A stretch of 64,000 nt of DNA. Source: Limnochordia bacterium. Its GTDB lineage: Bacteria; Bacillota; Limnochordia; Darwinibacteriales; DTU012. A program made the position numbers and the translations under genes. Shown in pieces: positions 58,251 through 64,000 of the stretch (the stretch's first letter is position 1; the number at the start of each line of letters is the position of its first letter). The DNA lies in assembly GCA_007116145.1 (NCBI GenBank), contig SKJB01000019.1:10868-74867 (forward strand), in the 5' to 3' direction. The notes under the pieces are model-generated. The model did no database searches and had not been told where the DNA came from. It was given only the letters and a program-made list of their open reading frames with translations.

Positions 58251-59600
58251 ATGGAGGATGAAATGGTGCTAAATCAATTACAACGAAATATTGTAGAGCA
58301 AGCTCAACAAAAGGATGTCCACCTGATTCAGTTACAGTTTACTGATATCTTAGGTACTTTAAAAAATGTCTCGATTACCCTCGACTATTTACCCGAGGTT
58401 CTTGCACATGGAATTATGTTTGACGGCTCCTCAATTCAAGGTTTTACGCGCGTCCATGAATCGGACATGTATCTTCATCCTGATCTAAATACCTTTACTA
58501 TCTTTCCTTGGAAAACAGAAGATGGTGATGGTATCGGTCGTTTTATCTGTGATGTGCATACAGCAGACGGAAAGCCTTTCATGGGTTCTCCTCGTAATAT
58601 ATTGAAGCGTACGATTGCCGAGTGCGCTGATATGGGACTTACAATATTTGCAGGACCGGAACCAGAATTTTTCTTATTTGAAACTGATGAAAAGGGTAAT
58701 CCCATTAATATTACCCAGGATAAGGGTGGATATTTTGATCTATCACCAGTAGATAAAGGAGAGAATGCTCGCAACAGCATTGTGAAAGCTTTAGAACAAA
58801 TGGGTTTTCAGATTGAAGCCTCTCATCACGAAGTAGCACCTGGACAGCATGAGATCGATTTTCGCTTTGCCGAAGCCCTGACAGCTGCCGATAATCTTAC
58901 CACCTTCAAATTCGTAACCAAAGCAGTAGCCAAACAGCATAAGTTACACGCAACCTTTATCCCCAAGCCAATTCAAGGAGAAAATGGTTCAGGATTACAT
59001 ATGCATCTCTCAGCCTTTAAGAATACTATCAATGTTTTTTATGATGAAAACCAACCAAATGACCTCTCGCAAACAGCCCGTTTCTTTATTGCTGGACTAC
59101 TAAAACATGCAAGAGCAATTACTGCGATTACTAATCCAACAATAAATTCGTATAAACGACTAGTACCCGGGTATGAAGCACCTATTGATGTCACCTGGTC
59201 AGCTTCGAATCGTAGCTCATTGATTCGGATACCTTCAGTAAGAGGTCAAGCTACGCGCTTAGAGTACCGCAGCCCCGACCCTACTGCTAACCCGTATTTG
59301 ACTCTGGCAGTGTTAATGAAAGCCGGTCTAACGGGAATCGAGCACAAGATCGAACCGAACCCCCAAATAAAAGAGATTGCCTATGAGCTAAGCAGCTTAC
59401 ACCGACAGAAACTTGGAATTCAACAATTACCCGACTCCTTAAAAGAAGCTTTAGACGCCTTAGCAGGAGATTCTGTAATTCAAGATGCGATTGGTGATCA
59501 CATTTACGAGAACTTTATGAAAGCAAAATTAATCGAATGGGGCATTTATCGTAACCAAGTCCATAAATGGGAATTAGATCAATACCTTACATACTTATAA
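58251..59600 (+). CDS. glnA: Glutamine synthetase type I, copy 2 (tandem paralogue)
   Basis: It has the same motif set ([29 protein letters not shown]) as copy 1; 449 aa. Its own putative promoter is TTGAAA-17-TATAGT at about 58188-58216. Confidence 0.9.
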   Translation: MEDEMVLNQLQRNIVEQAQQKDVHLIQLQFTDILGTLKNVSITLDYLPEVLAHGIMFDGSSIQGFTRVHESDMYLHPDLNTFTIFPWKTEDGDGIGRFICDVHTADGKPFMGSPRNILKRTIAECADMGLTIFAGPEPEFFLFETDEKGNPINITQDKGGYFDLSPVDKGENARNSIVKALEQMGFQIEASHHEVAPGQHEIDFRFAEALTAADNLTTFKFVTKAVAKQHKLHATFIPKPIQGENGSGLHMHLSAFKNTINVFYDENQPNDLSQTARFFIAGLLKHARAITAITNPTINSYKRLVPGYEAPIDVTWSASNRSSLIRIPSVRGQATRLEYRSPDPTANPYLTLAVLMKAGLTGIEHKIEPNPQIKEIAYELSSLHRQKLGIQQLPDSLKEALDALAGDSVIQDAIGDHIYENFMKAKLIEWGIYRNQVHKWELDQYLTYL

Positions 59601-59620
59601 TAACTGGTAAATCTTATTAG

Positions 59621-59654
59621 CAAACCGAAGCAATCGGTTTGCTTTTTCTTTTGT
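59621..59654 (+). terminator. Rho-independent terminator after glnA2
   Basis: The hairpin GCAAACCG-AAGCAAT-CGGTTTGC is followed by TTTTTCTTTTG. Confidence 0.8.
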
Positions 59655-59837
59655 TTGTTAACACCATCTTAACGGTGTATACCGATATATCGGCATAAGA
59701 TCCTGTATACAGGTATTATGACCGTTTTTCCCTTTATTTCTTCTTATTTCACTAGTATAATAGCATACATAAACAACAGTGCTGAATCCGTTGGGCCCAA
59801 CGTTTTAAGCAGAACAGCAAGAAAGGAGCATACACAT

Positions 59838-60566
59838 TTGAGAAAAGATTATGATCTGATGATCGATCAGTTAGTGACTTGGATTAAGGAACAGATAACT
59901 CGAGCAGATTGTCAGGGTGCGGTAGTAGGACTATCGGGAGGTATTGATTCATCCGTTACTGCCGCTCTATGCAAAAAAGCCTTTCCTGAAACTACCCTTG
60001 GGGTGATCATGCCCTGTGAATCGCAACCTCAAGATGGCAAGGATGCTCAGTTTCTCGCTGAACAATTGAACATTGACTATAAAGTGATATTATTAGACCA
60101 AACCTATCAAACTTTATTAAAAGCCTTACACAACTCCGAAGCACCTACACATAAATTGGCCTACGCAAATATTAAGCCTAGACTGCGTATGACTACACTA
60201 TACTTCTATGCGAATCTAACGAACAGCCTAGTAGTAGGAACAGACAATCGGAGCGAACTAAAGATTGGTTATTTTACGAAATATGGCGATGGTGGTATTG
60301 ACATCACTCCCCTGGGTAATCTCGTGAAGACCGAAGTACAGGAACTAGCTCGTTTGTTAGATATTCCCCAACCCATTAGAGAAAAAAGACCTTCCGCCGG
60401 GCTATGGCTTGGTCAAGAGGATGAAGTGGAATTGGGCTTTGGTTACCAAGATCTCGATTACTACATTCTAAACAAGTCAGCAGAACCTGCCATTAAGGAG
60501 CGCATTGATTCGCTGGCTAAAAAAAATAATCACAAGCTCAAGTTACCACCAATCCCAGATTTCTAA
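59838..60566 (+). CDS. nadE: NH3-dependent NAD+ synthetase
   Basis: The PP-loop is GLSGGIDSSV, and C-terminal KRPSAGLW and DGGIDI-type motifs are present. The start is taken as TTG 59838 after GAAAGGAG, with ATG 59859 as an alternative. The track ORF from 59718 adds an implausible hydrophobic leader. Confidence 0.85.
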   Translation: MRKDYDLMIDQLVTWIKEQITRADCQGAVVGLSGGIDSSVTAALCKKAFPETTLGVIMPCESQPQDGKDAQFLAEQLNIDYKVILLDQTYQTLLKALHNSEAPTHKLAYANIKPRLRMTTLYFYANLTNSLVVGTDNRSELKIGYFTKYGDGGIDITPLGNLVKTEVQELARLLDIPQPIREKRPSAGLWLGQEDEVELGFGYQDLDYYILNKSAEPAIKERIDSLAKKNNHKLKLPPIPDF

Positions 60567-60595
60567 ATCAGGTTTTAAAAAAGGAGTGGCATGAC

Positions 60596-61927
60596 ATGAA
60601 AAAAGTAGTTCTTATTTTAACACTATGCGTATTGATACCTCTAATTATCAGCACTACGGGATTGGCCCAAGAATTAGAAGAGATTCATACAGCCATTAAC
60701 ACTATCTGGGTCCTCCTCGCAGCATTTCTTGTTTTCTTTATGCAAGCCGGTTTTGCCATGGTAGAAGCGGGTTTCACCAGAGCAAAGAATGCTGGTAATA
60801 TCGTTATGAAGAACATCATGGATTTTTCCGTTGGATCAATTATTTACTGGGCAGTTGGGTTTGCCCTGATGTTTGGAGCAGGAAATAGCTTTATTGGATA
60901 TTCGGGATTCTTCTTATCTGACAGCTTCAGCCATCTGGGACTAGATATTCCCATAGCTGCATTTTGGATTTTCCAAGCCGTTTTTGCAGCTACGGCGGCT
61001 ACTATCGTATCTGGTGCAATGGCAGAACGCACTAACTTTTCTGGTTATCTAGGTTATAGTATTTTTATTACTGGTTTAATCTACCCCATCGTTGGTCACT
61101 GGATATGGGGCGGCGGCTGGTTAGAGGAATTAGGCTTTATTGACTTCGCTGGTTCTACCGTTGTTCACTCTGTTGGCGGCTGGGCCGCTCTCGCTGGGGC
61201 GATAGTCTTAGGTCCCCGTATTGGCAAATACAACGCAGATGGTTCTGCTAATGCTATTCCTGGACATAACCTATTGATGGCTGCTCTCGGTGTCTTTATT
61301 CTCTGGCTTGGTTGGTTTGGATTTAATCCGGGTAGTACTTTATCTGGAATGGATTTAAGCATAGCCATGATTGCAGTTACAACTAACCTATCGGCTGCTG
61401 CTGGTGCTACATTGGCGATGATTATTAGTTGGATCAAGTATGGGAAACCAGATGTAAGTATGACGCTAAATGGAGCGCTAGCTGGTCTTGTAGGAATAAC
61501 AGCAGGTGCAGCCGATGTAAATGCCATTGGCGCTATCGCAATCGGTCTTCTTTCAGGTATTATCGTCGTCTATGCTGTAGAGCTTATCGATAAAATCCAT
61601 GTCGATGATCCAGTTGGTGCTATTGCAGTACATGGTATATGTGGAGCACTGGGCACACTGTTTGTTGGACTATTCGCCCTTGATGGTGGTCTCTTCTACG
61701 GCGGTGGCCTACAACTTCTTCAAATACAAGGAATAGGGGTAGTAGCGGTTGCTCTATGGACATTTACCACAGCCTTTGTGGTATTTAAAGTAATTGATTC
61801 TCTGATAGGTTTAAGAGCAAGTTCTGAAGAAGAAATAGAAGGATTGGATATCACAGAACACGGTTCCACCTCCTATCCTGACTTTGTCCCGCTATACGGC
61901 AAGAGTTTCAAAATCCATAAGAGTTAG
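60596..61927 (+). CDS. amtB: Ammonium transporter (Amt family) with signal peptide
   Basis: It has 11 TM helices, the Amt signature D(F)AGGTVVH (DFAGSTVVHSVGG) and conserved twin-His (VHG...) regions; 443 aa, 29 nt after nadE. Confidence 0.9.
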   Translation: MKKVVLILTLCVLIPLIISTTGLAQELEEIHTAINTIWVLLAAFLVFFMQAGFAMVEAGFTRAKNAGNIVMKNIMDFSVGSIIYWAVGFALMFGAGNSFIGYSGFFLSDSFSHLGLDIPIAAFWIFQAVFAATAATIVSGAMAERTNFSGYLGYSIFITGLIYPIVGHWIWGGGWLEELGFIDFAGSTVVHSVGGWAALAGAIVLGPRIGKYNADGSANAIPGHNLLMAALGVFILWLGWFGFNPGSTLSGMDLSIAMIAVTTNLSAAAGATLAMIISWIKYGKPDVSMTLNGALAGLVGITAGAADVNAIGAIAIGLLSGIIVVYAVELIDKIHVDDPVGAIAVHGICGALGTLFVGLFALDGGLFYGGGLQLLQIQGIGVVAVALWTFTTAFVVFKVIDSLIGLRASSEEEIEGLDITEHGSTSYPDFVPLYGKSFKIHKS

Positions 61928-61951
61928 TTTAAGCTGCGAGGAGGCTAAATA

Positions 61952-62296
61952 GTGAAAAAGATAGAATGCATCATTCGTCCGGCTTGCTTAGAACAATTAG
62001 TTGGCACTGTAGAAAAATTAGATTTAGGTGGTATGAACATCACACAAATTGTCGGGTATGGAACACAAAAAGGCGGTGGCGACACCCAGGTGTACCGCGG
62101 CATTGAGTACACAGTAAAACTTAAAGAGAAACTAAAAGTAGAAATCGTTGTTAATGACGAGCTCGTCGATGAAGTAATCACTCAAATTATCAATGTTACT
62201 CGTACTGATCATGCTGGTGATGGGAAGATCTTTATTTATCCAATTGAAGATGCCATCCGGATACGAACAGGTGAACGTGGTCGAGACGTAATTTAG
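61952..62296 (+). CDS. glnK: PII nitrogen regulatory protein (GlnK/NrgB type)
   Basis: The 114-aa protein has a GTG start after GAGGAGG, a T-loop region GYGTQKGGGDTQVYRG and the C-terminal GDGKIFIYPIEDAIRIRTGE; 24 nt after amtB. Confidence 0.85.
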   Translation: MKKIECIIRPACLEQLVGTVEKLDLGGMNITQIVGYGTQKGGGDTQVYRGIEYTVKLKEKLKVEIVVNDELVDEVITQIINVTRTDHAGDGKIFIYPIEDAIRIRTGERGRDVI

Positions 62297-62442
62297 CGAA
62301 ATGTATTTACCCCAGGGCTATGTTGAGCTTACACTCTCACTGCTCTGGGGTAAATTTTACTTTTATTTCTTGCAACACCTTGACAGTTCAATACTTTATC
62401 CGATATTCTTAGACTATCGAGATCTATGGAGGTGGAATCCAA

Positions 62443-63131
62443 TGCTTAACTTACCACCAATCAACCCACAAAGCTACCAACCACTTAGAGAGCAAGTTTA
62501 TGAGTTACTGCGTCAAGCGATATTAACTGGGATGCTAAAGCCTGGCGAACAAATAACCGAGGTAAATATTGCTGATCAATTACGAGTCAGCCGAACTCCT
62601 ACCCGAGAAGCAATTCGCATGCTTGAACAAGAGGGCTTTATTGTGATCATTCCACGAAAAGGTGCATTTGTTACTGGTATCCGCTCAATGAAGGAAATCA
62701 ATGATATTTTCCAGGTGCGGATTGTATTAGAGGGTTTAGCCGCTTCGTTGGCCGCCCTCAATATCAAACCAGAGCAACTTGAACGGCTAAACCAGCAGAC
62801 AGAATTAATTAATGCTTGTTTAGCCAACCAAGATATTGCAGGATGTATTGAGATCGATACTGCTTTTCATCGAATTATCTGTGATGCTTCTGGTAATCTT
62901 TGTCTCCAAAAGATCCTGGATAGTCTTTTTGAACAGATCACTCGTTTTAGAGGAGCATCCTTAGGAACTGCAGGGCGAATGAAAGAAGCACTAGATGAAC
63001 ATCAAGCTTTAGCGCAAGCCATTGCCGAAAGCGATGCTACCAAAGCGCAGGAGCTAGCAATCGCTCATCTAAACAAAGCAAGAGAATGTATCTTATCTGT
63101 TTTTAAGAACCAACAAAAATTTAACGATTAA
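62443..63131 (+). CDS. GntR-family (FadR/FCD subfamily) transcriptional regulator
   Basis: The N-terminal winged HTH is PLREQVYELLRQAILTGMLKPGEQITEVNIADQLRVSRTPTREAIRMLEQEGFI, and the C-terminal FCD is all-helical. The start is ATG 62443 after GGAGGTG, preceded by a terminator-like hairpin (62306-62370) and TTGACA at 62381. Confidence 0.8.
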
Positions 63132-63146
63132 TCGAGGGGGAAATTC

Positions 63147-63653
63147 ATGCAAAAAAATGTCAGCACTGGGGTATTATTAGTAGGTATTGGTTTCATTTTA
63201 CTGCTCGCTCAGTTTGGTTGGTTAGGGGATCACCTTGTTCTCTACTTTCTTTCCGTAGGATTTTTTGCCGTCTACAAATATTTAGGCGCAGCGAAAACGT
63301 ATCATAATATTGGCTTTCTGATTCCAGCCACTGTGCTACTAGCTATCGCACTCTTTGTTGATGTTCAACGCTTATTCAATGGTTGGTTATTTGGGGCTGG
63401 TTGGTTTTTCCTACTATTAGGGGGAGCATTTCTCACTGTCTACCAAGTTCACACTAAAAATGCAGGTACTGATAAGAGCAGCACGATATGGCCCCTGTAT
63501 CCAGCAGGAGCATTAGTAGCCTTCGGAATATTTATCGCAATAACTGAGCAACTTGAGACCTGGAAGCGGTTTGGTATAACTAACTATGTCTTTCCAATTG
63601 CACTGATCTTGGTTGGACTCTACCTTACCTTTGGCAAAAAAAAGAGTACGTAG
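63147..63653 (+). CDS. Small membrane protein with 5 TM helices, unknown function
   Basis: The 168-aa protein is hydrophobic, with an RBS GAGGGGG. Confidence 0.45.
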   Translation: MQKNVSTGVLLVGIGFILLLAQFGWLGDHLVLYFLSVGFFAVYKYLGAAKTYHNIGFLIPATVLLAIALFVDVQRLFNGWLFGAGWFFLLLGGAFLTVYQVHTKNAGTDKSSTIWPLYPAGALVAFGIFIAITEQLETWKRFGITNYVFPIALILVGLYLTFGKKKST

Positions 63654-63668
63654 AATTGTTTAGTAACC

Positions 63669-63719
63669 AAACATCCAAAAGAGCTACAAACGTTAGCGTT
63701 GTAGCTCTTTTGGATGTTT
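63669..63719. terminator. Bidirectional terminator between convergent genes
   Basis: It has 21-bp perfect inverted arms, AAACATCCAAAAGAGCTACAA ... TTGTAGCTCTTTTGGATGTTT, with a 9-nt spacer. Confidence 0.8.
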
Positions 63720-63721
63720 AC

Positions 63722-64000
63722 TCATTTACTAGCCCCTAAACTATATGTGCGATAAAACCGTTCGCTTGCTCGTTGGATCAAACTCGGTCCCTGCTCCATG
63801 GCAGCGGCCAAATCCATCGGTTGATCGACAATCGGCAGTACAAGGCTGATTCCTGTTTCCTGCAAACTCTCAATATTAATACCGATTTTACCAGCAAAAC
63901 CCAAAGCAACAACCCCATGCTTTTTAGCTAACAGTCCTACACCCACAGGAACTTTACCAAACAACGATTGGGAATCAATACTACCTTCTCCCGAAATCAC
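63722..64000 (-). CDS. Glycerate kinase, C-terminal part (gene continues beyond the right edge)
   Basis: ISGEGSIDSQSLFGKVPVGVGLLAKKHGVVALGFAGKI matches the glycerate kinase C-terminal ITGEG.ID.Q...GK.P motif. The Met at the window edge is coincidental. Confidence 0.7.
   Translation of the reverse strand: MISGEGSIDSQSLFGKVPVGVGLLAKKHGVVALGFAGKIGINIESLQETGISLVLPIVDQPMDLAAAMEQGPSLIQRASERFYRTYSLGASK

Noticed and set aside
59718-59837. Hydrophobic 40-aa leader on nadE (track start 59718), and the 16-aa extension on glnA1 (56737) and 12-aa extension on opuAA (47664)
   Set aside because: The extensions lack RBS support and cover promoter or palindrome elements. The conserved enzyme N-termini begin at the downstream starts.
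62301-62442. Extended start of the GntR regulator (track start 62301)
   Set aside because: The extension covers the glnK terminator hairpin and the TTGACA promoter element. ATG 62443 has a GGAGGTG RBS and gives the canonical GntR N-terminus.

Overview
This 64-kb window looks like a chromosomal segment of a low-GC Gram-positive bacterium, probably Firmicutes of Bacillales type, with GC content in the mid-40s by eye. The taxonomic guess rests on a split ChrA pair of YwrA/YwrB type, RapZ (YvcJ), a YlqG/YlqH-like pair, a T-box in front of ilvB, a MerR-type GlnR/TnrA homologue, an amtB-glnK pair, and an OpuA glycine-betaine transporter whose ATPase carries CBS domains. I find no transposase, integrase, CRISPR array or rRNA/tRNA gene.

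Gene order from the left:
- A 3'-truncated MscS-like channel and a polytopic membrane protein.
- An IlvD/EDD-family dehydratase co-transcribed with an ABC substrate-binding protein and two permeases, with no ATPase gene, under a TetR repressor.
- Split chrA, phosphoglucomutase pgcA, a PAP2 phosphatase, a sugar-phosphate isomerase, a cold-shock protein and rapZ.
- A 665-aa SdhA-like FAD protein and an MFS transporter.
- A T-box-controlled ilvB-ilvN plus a short 2-isopropylmalate-synthase-family gene, lacking ilvC and leuBCD, convergent with an IDH/IMDH-family dehydrogenase.
- An orphan receiver domain, a GltB-domain FMN/Fe-S protein and a class II aldolase.
- A Mor-family activator surrounded by secreted and membrane proteins of unknown function.
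- An 8-gene, roughly 11.3-kb operon of HtrA-X-X-X-MoxR-DUF58-BatA-like-(double VWA).
- A UPF0210/UPF0237 pair, a VOC/glyoxalase and opuAA-AB-AC.
- A THF riboswitch in front of an ECF-type folT, and a HAD-IIA phosphatase.
- A three-gene (XRE-HTH, 501 aa)-(YlqG-like)-(FlhB-C-domain YlqH-like) unit.
- A dense nitrogen-assimilation island: asnB, a divergent glnR/tnrA-like gene, tandem glnA1-glnA2, nadE-amtB-glnK and a GntR regulator.
- A membrane protein and a truncated glycerate kinase.

The items most worth a second look are the expanded MoxR/VWA locus with three unannotatable membrane or secreted proteins, the HTH-YlqG-YlqH triad, and the atypical ilv cluster. Several striking perfect palindromes sit in regulatory regions: a 14+14-bp inverted repeat upstream of the GltB-like gene, and twin CC-N8-GG palindromes upstream of nadE. 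All functional calls come from motif recognition by eye; no database search was run.
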